Source: an uncultured Dehalococcoidia bacterium | GTDB taxonomy: Bacteria; Chloroflexota; Dehalococcoidia; UBA2247; RBG-13-53-26 | Direction: 5' to 3' | Length of the DNA: 64,000 bases | Assembly (NCBI GenBank): GCA_964617695.1 | Contig: CAZTYW010000001.1 | Span: forward strand, 11,684 to 75,683 | Shown here: positions 31,278 to 39,230 of the stretch, in pieces | Numbering within the stretch: position 1 is the first letter of the stretch | Layout: every line of letters starts with the position of its first letter | Translations under genes and position numbers: made by a program | Notes under the pieces: generated by a model | The model's input: only the letters and a program-made list of their open reading frames with translations | The model's database searches: none | Told to the model about the DNA's origin: nothing

Positions 31278-33227
31278 ATGACCTTCGGATACGCCGGGAA
31301 GCTCCTGAGACTGGACCTATCTGCAGGAAGCATCTCCAGGCTCTCCACGCCTGACTACGCAGACGATTTCCTGGGCGGCAGAGGCCTTGGCGCCAAGGTC
31401 TACTGGGACGAGGTGCCGCCCGAGGCAGGCGCGCTCGACGCTGAAAACAGGTTGGTATTCGCCACCGGTCCCCTGGCTGGCTTGCCCACGATAGGCGCTT
31501 CACGCTGGCAGGTCTGCGGCAAGTCCCCGGCCCACCGCCCGAAGCAGTTCTCGTACTGCAATCTGGGAGGAAGATGGGGCGCTGATCTGAAGTTTGCCGG
31601 CTATGACGCCATTGTGGCCCATGGCAAATCGGAGAAACCCGTCTATCTCCTCATCGCCAAGGACGCCATCGAAGTCAGGGACGCCTCTGCCCTGTGGGCC
31701 CAGGGCGCCATTGAGACCAGGCAGACCCTCAAAAGGGAACTTGGCGACTTTGCCAGAGTAGTCGCCATCGGTCCCGCTGGCGAAAACATGGCGGCGATGT
31801 CAACGTTGCTTGCCGAGAACGATGCCAGCGGTTCAGCAGGCATGGGGGCGGTTATGGGTTCGAAGAAGCTCAAGGCCATCGTAGTACTCGGCGGTGATCG
31901 GAAGCCCGTGGACGTTGCCCACCCTGAAAGGCTGCGAGAGTTGATTCGGTACTACCGCGGACTGCGCAGAATCACTCTGAGATCGTCATCCTACCGATTC
32001 TCAACCGATAAGGTGCCCAGTCTCAGCCATACCAAGATGAGGCGGATGGATCCGTGCTACGGGTGCCTGGGATGCTCAAGGAGGTCATACCAGGCGGACG
32101 ACGGCAGTAAGGGCAAGTTCATGTGCAACTCGGCCATGTTCTATCAGCCCTGGGCCGTAAGCTATTACGGCGAATGGAATGACGTGCCCTTCCACGCCAC
32201 CAGGCTTGTCAACACATACGGCCTGGACTCAAAGGCGGTTGACCGCATGATCAGTTGGCTCCACAGCTGCTATGAAGCCGGCATCCTGACCGAGGAGAAC
32301 ACAGGGATACCACTGTCGAAGATAGGCAGCCTGGCATTCATAGAGACTCTGGTCCGGAGACTGTCGTTTCGTCAGGGCTTCGGAGATATCCTGGCCAGAG
32401 GTCTGGAAGAGGCTGCAAAGTCCATCGGTCCTGCGGCCGAAGAGCATGTCGGCAGAATCGGTTATGTAGCCATGCCGGGGTACAAAGACATCTATGGCCC
32501 AAGACTCTACATCACCAATGCCTTGTTCTACGCCATGGAACCCAGGATACCAATACAGCAACTCCACGAGGTGGGGACCCTGATCCCTAAATGGGTGTCT
32601 TGGGTCCGCGGGACTCCAGGCGCCAGTGCTTCATCCGAAGTGGTGCGTAGAATAGCCGAGAGGTTCTGGGGCGGGGAGCCGGCGGCCGATTTCTCCACCT
32701 ACGAGGGCAAGTCGCTGGCGGCCAGGATGATACAGGACCGACAGACCGCCAAGGAGTGCCTGATTCTTTGCGACTACGTCTGGCCGATTACGGACCTGGA
32801 GACAACCGACGACCATGTCGGCGATCCTACTCTGGAGAGTCAGATCCTATCCGCCGTCACCGGAAAGGATGTGGATGAAGACGGACTATACGGCATAGGC
32901 GAGCGAGTCTTTAATCTGCAAAGAGCGATACTGGTCAGGGAGGGCCACAGGGGACGGGACTTCGATCGCCTACCCGAATACTGCTTCACCGAGCCGCTGC
33001 AATTCGACTTCATGAACCCGGACTGCCTGGTGCCAGGCAAGGACGGAGAGGTGGTCTCTCGCAAGGGTGCGGTTCTCGACAGGAACGAATTCGAGCGGAT
33101 GAAAGACCGTTACTACCAGATCAGGGGATGGGACGTGACAACTGGTCTTCAAACCCGGGAATCCCTGGAGAGGCTGGGGCTGAGGGAGGTTGCCGATGAC
33201 CTCGAGCGCAGAGGCCTGCTTGCGTAG
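31278..33227 (+). CDS. aldehyde:ferredoxin oxidoreductase family protein (W/Mo-pyranopterin, [4Fe-4S]), paralog 1
   Basis: AOR N-domain FGYAGKLLRLDLS...FLGGRGLGAKVYWDEV...GPLAG......SRW.VCGKSP; Cys cluster DPCYGCLGC...KFMCNS; later ECLILCDYVWP; C-terminal YYQIRGWD..TGLQTRESLERLGL. AGGAGG RBS. Confidence 0.85.
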   Translation: MTFGYAGKLLRLDLSAGSISRLSTPDYADDFLGGRGLGAKVYWDEVPPEAGALDAENRLVFATGPLAGLPTIGASRWQVCGKSPAHRPKQFSYCNLGGRWGADLKFAGYDAIVAHGKSEKPVYLLIAKDAIEVRDASALWAQGAIETRQTLKRELGDFARVVAIGPAGENMAAMSTLLAENDASGSAGMGAVMGSKKLKAIVVLGGDRKPVDVAHPERLRELIRYYRGLRRITLRSSSYRFSTDKVPSLSHTKMRRMDPCYGCLGCSRRSYQADDGSKGKFMCNSAMFYQPWAVSYYGEWNDVPFHATRLVNTYGLDSKAVDRMISWLHSCYEAGILTEENTGIPLSKIGSLAFIETLVRRLSFRQGFGDILARGLEEAAKSIGPAAEEHVGRIGYVAMPGYKDIYGPRLYITNALFYAMEPRIPIQQLHEVGTLIPKWVSWVRGTPGASASSEVVRRIAERFWGGEPAADFSTYEGKSLAARMIQDRQTAKECLILCDYVWPITDLETTDDHVGDPTLESQILSAVTGKDVDEDGLYGIGERVFNLQRAILVREGHRGRDFDRLPEYCFTEPLQFDFMNPDCLVPGKDGEVVSRKGAVLDRNEFERMKDRYYQIRGWDVTTGLQTRESLERLGLREVADDLERRGLLA

Positions 33228-33308
33228 GCGTACGACTTGACCGCCCGATCAGACCAGCCATACAATCTGGGCAAGTGGCAAACAGGACCGTCCGAGCCGG
33301 ACTACCTG

Positions 33309-33325
33309 TGCGCCAATTTGGCGCA
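33309..33325. promoter_or_regulatory. perfect 17-bp palindrome TGCGCCAA-T-TTGGCGCA between AOR1 and the following SDR
   Basis: Read directly. It ends 27 nt upstream of the SDR ATG. The 12-nt core GCCAATTTGGCG recurs at 55920-55931. Confidence 0.4.
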
Positions 33326-33351
33326 ATGGGATTACGTTAGGAGGCGAGTGA

Positions 33352-34110
33352 ATGAAATCGATGTTTGACCTCACCGACAGGGTGGCCATCGTAACCGGGG
33401 CCGGCAGGGGGATAGGGAAAGCCTTATCGCTGGGGCTGGCCCACTTCGGCGCAAATGTAGTTGTTGCGGCTCGAACAGCAGGCGACGTTGACAAGACTGC
33501 GGACGAGATTCGCTCTCTGGGCAGAAGGGCCCTGGCTGTGCCTGCTGACGTGCAAGAAAAAGAGCAGGTGGCCGATATGGTGGCCAGGACCCTGGCAGAG
33601 TTCAACAGGATTGACATTCTGATCAACAACGTGGGCGGCGGTCCTCGGAGAGCGGCCTTTGACCAGGGCCAGAGGTTCTGGGATGCCATCATGCGGCTGA
33701 ACCTCACCACCACCCTGTTATGCAGCAAGGCAGTGGCACAGGTGATGAAAGAGCAGGGCAAAGGGAACATAATAAACATCGCTTCCGCAATCGGGCGAGG
33801 CAATATGCCCGAGTTCTCAGCCTACGCGGTTTCAAAGGATGGGGTGATCACCTTGACGGCTCGCCTGGCCATCGAATGGGCCAAAGACAACATTCGGGTC
33901 AACGCCATAGCTCCGGGCTTTGTGGCGACTGAAATGGCTGCCGAGTGGTTCAAGACAGACCCGGACTTGAGCCAGGAGATGAAGAGGATTCCTATGGGTC
34001 GGCCGGCCAAGCCGGAGGACCTCATTGGCGGAGCGATCTATCTTGCTTCAGACGCTTCTGAATACGTTACGGGCAAGACGCTTTACATCGACGGCGGGCT
34101 TTTCCACTAG
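33352..34110 (+). CDS. short-chain dehydrogenase/reductase (SDR-A)
   Basis: RVAIVTGAGRGIGKAL, NNVG, S..YAVSKDG (YxxxK), PMGR...PEDL.G...YLASDAS.YVTG. TAGGAGG RBS. Confidence 0.85.
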   Translation: MKSMFDLTDRVAIVTGAGRGIGKALSLGLAHFGANVVVAARTAGDVDKTADEIRSLGRRALAVPADVQEKEQVADMVARTLAEFNRIDILINNVGGGPRRAAFDQGQRFWDAIMRLNLTTTLLCSKAVAQVMKEQGKGNIINIASAIGRGNMPEFSAYAVSKDGVITLTARLAIEWAKDNIRVNAIAPGFVATEMAAEWFKTDPDLSQEMKRIPMGRPAKPEDLIGGAIYLASDASEYVTGKTLYIDGGLFH

Positions 34111-34208
34111 TCGTCTGAGAGCGAGAAGCGTGAGGTATGGGGTTCATCAGGGCCCGCTATTCTACTCATTCGAGGCGCTATAGCTCAAAGCCAGCCCGTT
34201 TGCCAACC

Positions 34209-35009
34209 CTACCACATTACCAACCCCCCGCTGACGCTGATGGTCTGGCCGGTGAGAAAAGAAGCACGTTCAGAGGCCAGGAACAGCACGCAGTCTGCTA
34301 TGTCCTCTGGCTTTCCCAGGCGCCTGAGAGGCCAGTACTTCATCGCCTTTTGAAGCACGTCAGAGCTATAGGTCTCATATCCCCATTTCTTCCAGAAGCT
34401 TTCCTGCCCGACATGGTCGGGACTATCCGGAACAATCCAGCCTGGCGACACAACGTTGACGTTTATCCCATGGCGACCCAACTCCCAGGCCAGCGCCCTC
34501 GAAAGGGCGATGACCCCTCCCTTGGCCCCACCATAGACAGCCAGGTTGATTGCCCCAAACCCGGACTGCCCCGAAGCTGAGGCGATGTTGACGATCTTGC
34601 CGTATTTGCGTCCAATCATATGATCGACAACCCCTCTGACGCAGTTGATCACACTCCAGTAGTTCAGCCTTATCTCCTTGTCCCACTCATCCCTCGGCTT
34701 CTCCATAAATGGCCGGTTGCGCGGCGTACCACCAGCATTGTTGACCAGCACGTCTATGTTGCCAAAAGTCTGCAGAGTCTCGTTCACCGTCGCCTGCACC
34801 GAGTCCCAATCAGTCACGTCCGTCCTGACAAACACCGCCTTGCCACCCAGCCGGTTCGCCTCATCCACCACCCTGCACCCCTGCTCCGCGTCTACCTCAG
34901 CATTTACGATATTTGAACCTTCCCGGGCAAAGCCCAGGACGATGCCCCGCCCGATATTGGAGCCTCCGCCCGTAACGATGACTGTCTTACCAGCCAAACC
35001 CAGGTCCAC
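34209..35009 (-). CDS. short-chain dehydrogenase/reductase (SDR-B)
   Basis: GKTVIVTGGGSNIGRG, NNAG, S..YGGAKGG, LGKPEDIA..V.FLAS..ASF.TGQ. I chose the GTG at 35009, preceded by AAAGGAGAG; the longer ORF to 35171 overlaps the upstream gene. Confidence 0.82.
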   Translation of the reverse strand: MDLGLAGKTVIVTGGGSNIGRGIVLGFAREGSNIVNAEVDAEQGCRVVDEANRLGGKAVFVRTDVTDWDSVQATVNETLQTFGNIDVLVNNAGGTPRNRPFMEKPRDEWDKEIRLNYWSVINCVRGVVDHMIGRKYGKIVNIASASGQSGFGAINLAVYGGAKGGVIALSRALAWELGRHGINVNVVSPGWIVPDSPDHVGQESFWKKWGYETYSSDVLQKAMKYWPLRRLGKPEDIADCVLFLASERASFLTGQTISVSGGLVMW

Positions 35010-35029
35010 TCTCGCTCTCCTTTCGGGAC

Positions 35030-35590
35030 TTATTCCTCTATCCTGAACTCCCACTGGCAGGCGACCTCGTCTGGCCCTGGGCGAGGAGCCACCTTGAGAG
35101 GCTTGACCTGGATGGCCGGATTGACAGCGGCAGCGTATGCTTTCATGCCCTCGAATTCGAGGACCTGGCACGTCTGGGCTATCCGCTCCGGGTTATCTCT
35201 CTCCAGGGCTGCCAGCGCCGGACATTCGAACACGGTTAGTATGGCGTGATTCCTGTTCTTGAGGTCAAACTCGTACCTGTACAGGTCCTGCGCGAAAGAC
35301 CCGATCAGTTGACACGTCTTCGCATAGGCCTCCACGTCATTCCCTCGAATATTTGCCGCCTCCATCGCCCATTTCATCTCGTACTTGCCTATTCTTGTCC
35401 AGTTCGCCAGCAGGCACTCGAACGCAACTTCATCACCCAGCCTGTTGCGAACCTGCTCTTGCCAGTAGACATCCAGCACCAGCAACTCCCTGCAATACGC
35501 CTTCAGCAGCTTCGCCAATACGTCCTTGGAGAAGTCTTCATACCTGACATTGGGCACGAACTTCCCGCTGTAGTCCCTCAATTCCTGCAT
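35030..35590 (-). CDS. uncharacterised 186-aa protein, tandem paralog 3 of 3 (three invariant Cys)
   Basis: MQELRDYSGKF...EDFSK...NHAILTVFEC...ER...TCQVLE...NPAIQV..LKVAPR.....EVACQWEF. ATG 35590 is preceded by GGAGAGGAG. The 61-aa upstream extension of the ORF is low-complexity and absent from the paralogs. Confidence 0.7.
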   Translation of the reverse strand: MQELRDYSGKFVPNVRYEDFSKDVLAKLLKAYCRELLVLDVYWQEQVRNRLGDEVAFECLLANWTRIGKYEMKWAMEAANIRGNDVEAYAKTCQLIGSFAQDLYRYEFDLKNRNHAILTVFECPALAALERDNPERIAQTCQVLEFEGMKAYAAAVNPAIQVKPLKVAPRPGPDEVACQWEFRIEE

Positions 35591-35748
35591 CCGATTCTCC
35601 TCTCCAGTACCGTTTACCGAAACCCCTCCGAGCCCCTCATCTCCTGACTCGTCCGCGCGCCTCCGTTCCGTCCCGTGTCCGGTGTGATCAGCAGTCACCA
35701 GCCCGATCGCAGCAACATCCACGGCACGACTCCGTCGTGCGCCGCAAT

Positions 35749-36306
35749 TCACTCCCCCAACTTCAACTCCCACTGACAGGCAATCTCTTCCTGACTCTGG
35801 CGTGGGGGCAGCTTCAAGGCTGTCACCTTTATCCTGGGATTGATGAGATACTTCCTTATCGCTGCTTCTTCCAGTTCATAGCAGATCGGCTGTATCATCT
35901 CCGGGGCTTCCCTTTCGTAGTATATGAGCGAGCGGCACTGCGTTATGGTCATGATAACGTGGTTCGGACTCTTGATGTCGTACTCCACCGGATACAGCGG
36001 CCCAATGTTGTTGTCCAGAGGCAGTTGGAGACATTTGAGGGAATCCAGCACCGTGTTTAGCTGAATGCCGGCAATCTTGGGATACCGCGGATTGACCTGC
36101 GCCGCCACCTTCTCCCAGGCTTCGAGATTGCATTCGTTCGCCACATCGAAACCGCATCTCTTCTTTACGGCATCGTACCAGATGCCGGCCATACGAATCC
36201 ATGCAAACTGCCACACCGTCATGAGCTTCAGCAGGAATTCCTTGGAGAAATCCTCGAACGTCAGGTCCGGCTTGAATGGGCCGCTATAGTCGTTTAGCTC
36301 CGTCAT
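35749..36306 (-). CDS. uncharacterised 185-aa protein, tandem paralog 2 of 3
   Basis: MTELNDYSGPF...EDFSK...NHVIMTITQC...ER...ICYELE...NPRIKVTALKLPPRQSQEEIACQWEL. ATG 36306 is preceded by AAAGGAAAGGGGGG. Confidence 0.7.
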   Translation of the reverse strand: MTELNDYSGPFKPDLTFEDFSKEFLLKLMTVWQFAWIRMAGIWYDAVKKRCGFDVANECNLEAWEKVAAQVNPRYPKIAGIQLNTVLDSLKCLQLPLDNNIGPLYPVEYDIKSPNHVIMTITQCRSLIYYEREAPEMIQPICYELEEAAIRKYLINPRIKVTALKLPPRQSQEEIACQWELKLGE

Positions 36307-36367
36307 ATCACAGCCCCCCTTTCCTTTACTTGACCTTTCCTGGCACATACCTTGTCCTATCCAACGG

Positions 36368-36931
36368 CTAGTCCCCCAGTCTGAACTCCCATTGGCAGGC
36401 GATCTCGTCGGCGCTTTTGCGTGGTGGCAGTTTCAGCGCCCTTACCTTAATCCTGGGATTGAACAGGCCGGCGGCTGCCTGAAAGCCCTCCACATCGAGC
36501 ACCTCACAGGCGTGCTTCTGCATCTCCCTCTCTCCGTGTCTCTCATAATACTCAAGCCCGAGACACCGCCTGATGGTCAGTATGCCGTAGTTCTTGTCCT
36601 TGAGCTCACACTCAAACTCTGGGAATATCGCCCCGCCGCCCGGATCTGTTTGAATGAACTTGAGAACACTGGCAACGTCATCGCCCCATATGTTGAGCGC
36701 CTCCCTCACCCGACCCACCTCCAATGCAGTCTCTCGCCTCCACACCTCCGCGTCCAGCTCGCGAGCCATGTCCTCACCAAACCTCTCCCTGATGAGTGAG
36801 TACCAGATGCCGTCCAGACCTACGTAGAGCTTCCCCGCTGCCTGCCAAAGCCGCACGAGTGCCGCTTTTGAGAAGTCATCCAGCCTCAGATTCCGGCGGA
36901 ACTCTCCGCTGTAGTCCTCCAAGTCTTCCAT
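36368..36931 (-). CDS. uncharacterised 187-aa protein, tandem paralog 1 of 3
   Basis: MEDLEDYSGEF...DDFSK...NYGILTIRRC...ER...ACEVLD...NPRIKVRALKLPPRKSADEIACQWEF. ATG is preceded by GAAGGAGG. Confidence 0.72.
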   Translation of the reverse strand: MEDLEDYSGEFRRNLRLDDFSKAALVRLWQAAGKLYVGLDGIWYSLIRERFGEDMARELDAEVWRRETALEVGRVREALNIWGDDVASVLKFIQTDPGGGAIFPEFECELKDKNYGILTIRRCLGLEYYERHGEREMQKHACEVLDVEGFQAAAGLFNPRIKVRALKLPPRKSADEIACQWEFRLGD

Positions 36932-37214
36932 GTTCGACCTCCTTCAGCAATCCTATTGCCTCTCTGGTCTTGCCGGCGGGGCACGCGCAGCCGGATGGCC
37001 ATCACGCTGCACCTGCGCCGAGACACCTGTAGCACAAGGAAAAACGGCCGCCACCTGTTACTACGGCGGCAGCCCAGCCATCATAGCCCAGAAGCCTTAG
37101 ATCTGTGACTCTGCGCCCCCTGGTTTGCCAGGGTTTGCCTTTTTCACCGCATCGCGCCAAGCTTATCTTGGCCTTTCCTGGACTTCTTATAACCCAGCCG
37201 CAACGGACAAGTCA

Positions 37215-37244
37215 AGGCACGGTCAGCAACAGCAAAGGTATAAT
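37215..37244 (+). promoter_or_regulatory. promoter-like element upstream of AOR2 (AGGCACG-N17-TATAAT)
   Basis: AGGCACG at 37215-37221 and TATAAT at 37239-37244, 60 nt before the ATG. It parallels the AOR1 element. Confidence 0.4.
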
Positions 37245-37304
37245 TCACAAGGAAGGTCTATTCAACCACAGCGGTTGACATGAAGCACCGCGGAAGGAGT
37301 GTAG

Positions 37305-39221
37305 ATGAAGCCTTTCGGATACGCCGGGAAGATACTCAGAGTGGACCTGTCTTCGAGACAGGTAGCCGATTCCCCGACCCTGGACTACAGCAATACGTTT
37401 CTGGGCGGAAGGGGCATCGCCACCAAGATATATTGGGATGAGGTGCTACCCGAAGTCAAGGCGTTAGATGCCGGCAACAGGCTGATAATGGCTGTCGGCC
37501 CGCTGGCCGGCATCCCCGTCCTGGGCGGCTCAAGATGGACCGTCTGCGGCAAGTCACCTCTCCGAACCCCTGAACACTTCTCGCACTGCAATCTCGGCGG
37601 ACGGTGGGGTGCTGAACTCAAGTTCGCCGGCTACGATGCGGTTGTCTTCCAGGGTAGATCGGAACAGCCGGCGTACCTCTTCCTGCACGATGGAGTTGCA
37701 GAGCTGAAGGATGCCTCAGCCCTGTGGGGCAAGGGCGCCATCGAGACCCGTGACATCCTCAAGAGAGAGTTGGGCGGCTCGGTGAAAGTGGTAGCTATCG
37801 GCCCCGCCGGGGAAAACCTGGTGACTATGGCAAGCCTGCTGGCAGATAACGATGCCAGCGGCTCCGGCGGCCTGGGTGCTACCATGGGGGCCAAGAGGCT
37901 AAAGGCAATTGCAGTCCAGGGGACGGCCAGGGGAGTAAGGGTAGCTCAGCCTGACAGACTGAGCCAGATCACCAGGTACTTCCGTGGACTGGGCAAAGGC
38001 GTCTTCACTGCGTGGGGAACGGACTACCTGCCGACGGGACCCAAAGTCAAGAAAGACCCATGCTATGGCTGCCTGGGCAACTGTCTCAGGATGACGTACG
38101 GCACCGACGACGGCAAAAGGGGCAAGTTCATGTGTCAGTCAGCCATGTTCTATCAACCGTGGTCTTACCGGTATTACGGACAACAGAATGACGTCCCCTT
38201 CTACGCCAACAGGGTCTGCGACGACTACGGGCTGGACACATGGGCAATAGACGTAATGATTGCCTGGCTGAACAGGTGCCGCAAAGCCGGCATCCTGACC
38301 GACAACATTGCGGGCCTTCCCCTGTCCAAACTGGGCACTCCCGAGTTCATTGAGACCCTGGCCAGACAAATATCCCTGAGGGAAGGCTTCGGGGACATCC
38401 TGGCGGACGGGCTGCCCAGGGCTGCAAGCACGGCCGGGGCCGAGGCGACGCAGCAAATCAAGCACGGCGACCCCTACGAGCCCAGGCTATACATCACCAC
38501 GGCACTGCTGTGGGCCATGGAGCCAAGAGAGCCAATACAGCAGCTGCACGAGGTGGGACTGCCTGTGGCCCAATGGGTAAGCTGGGTCAAGAAGGTTGAA
38601 GGCGCCTACGTCTCAAGCGATGTGATTAGAGCCATTGCCAGGAGATTCTGGGGAAGTGAAATTGCCGCTGATTTCTCGACGTGCGAAGGCAAGGCCCTGG
38701 CAGCAAAGATGATCCAGGACCGCGAGTATGCCAAGGAATGTCTTGTCCTCTGCGACTGGGTATTCCCCGTCATGGACACCAGAAATAGCGAGGACCATGT
38801 CGGTGATCCCACTCTGGAAAGCCAGATACTGTCTGCCGTCACAGGAAACGAAACGGACGAACGGGCGCTCTATAGCACGGGGGAGACCGTCTTCAATCTG
38901 CAGAGGTCAATACTGGTCAGGGAGGGTCACAAAGCCAGGGAAGATGACAGACTTCCTGATGACTGGCACAGCGTGCCGCTGGCCAAGGGAATCACGAACG
39001 TCGAATGCCTGGTACCCGGCAAAGACGGAGAGGTGACATCCAGGAAGGGCGCGGTGGTCGACAGGGCAGAATTCGAAAAGATGAAAGATGAATACTATCG
39101 GCTGCGCAGGTGGGAGGTGGCTACCGGCCTGCAGACCAGGGATAACCTGGAGGGCCTGGGGCTGGGAGAGGTGGCCGCGGACCTGGAACAAAGAGGGCTC
39201 ATGGCAAGTCAACAGGAATAG
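37305..39221 (+). CDS. aldehyde:ferredoxin oxidoreductase family protein, paralog 2
   Basis: Aligns with AOR1 along its whole length (FGYAGKILRVDLS...FLGGRGIATKIYWDEV...SRWTVCGKSP...NLGGRWGAELKFAGYDA...DPCYGCLGNC...KFMCQS...ECLVLCDWVFP...YYRLRRWE..TGLQTRDNLEGLGL). GGAAGGAG RBS. Confidence 0.85.
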   Translation: MKPFGYAGKILRVDLSSRQVADSPTLDYSNTFLGGRGIATKIYWDEVLPEVKALDAGNRLIMAVGPLAGIPVLGGSRWTVCGKSPLRTPEHFSHCNLGGRWGAELKFAGYDAVVFQGRSEQPAYLFLHDGVAELKDASALWGKGAIETRDILKRELGGSVKVVAIGPAGENLVTMASLLADNDASGSGGLGATMGAKRLKAIAVQGTARGVRVAQPDRLSQITRYFRGLGKGVFTAWGTDYLPTGPKVKKDPCYGCLGNCLRMTYGTDDGKRGKFMCQSAMFYQPWSYRYYGQQNDVPFYANRVCDDYGLDTWAIDVMIAWLNRCRKAGILTDNIAGLPLSKLGTPEFIETLARQISLREGFGDILADGLPRAASTAGAEATQQIKHGDPYEPRLYITTALLWAMEPREPIQQLHEVGLPVAQWVSWVKKVEGAYVSSDVIRAIARRFWGSEIAADFSTCEGKALAAKMIQDREYAKECLVLCDWVFPVMDTRNSEDHVGDPTLESQILSAVTGNETDERALYSTGETVFNLQRSILVREGHKAREDDRLPDDWHSVPLAKGITNVECLVPGKDGEVTSRKGAVVDRAEFEKMKDEYYRLRRWEVATGLQTRDNLEGLGLGEVAADLEQRGLMASQQE

Positions 39222-39230
39222 CGAGCGTGT

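Noticed and set aside
33249-33803. 184-aa minus-strand ORF
   Set aside because: Antisense to SDR-A, which carries the TGxxxGxG and YxxxK motifs on the plus strand.
35591-35773. 61-aa N-terminal extension of triplet paralog 3
   Set aside because: It is a G/R/A/V-rich low-complexity sequence absent from the two paralogs. A strong SD (GGAGAGGAG) precedes the internal ATG, which aligns with the paralog N-termini.
36932-37304. Possible Moco/Tuco-type riboswitch upstream of the AOR genes (also 31003-31277)
   Set aside because: The predicted 5' UTRs are only about 20 and 55 nt long if the -10 boxes are right. I could not recognise the conserved Moco-motif core by eye. This needs an Infernal/Rfam scan and is unsupported at present.
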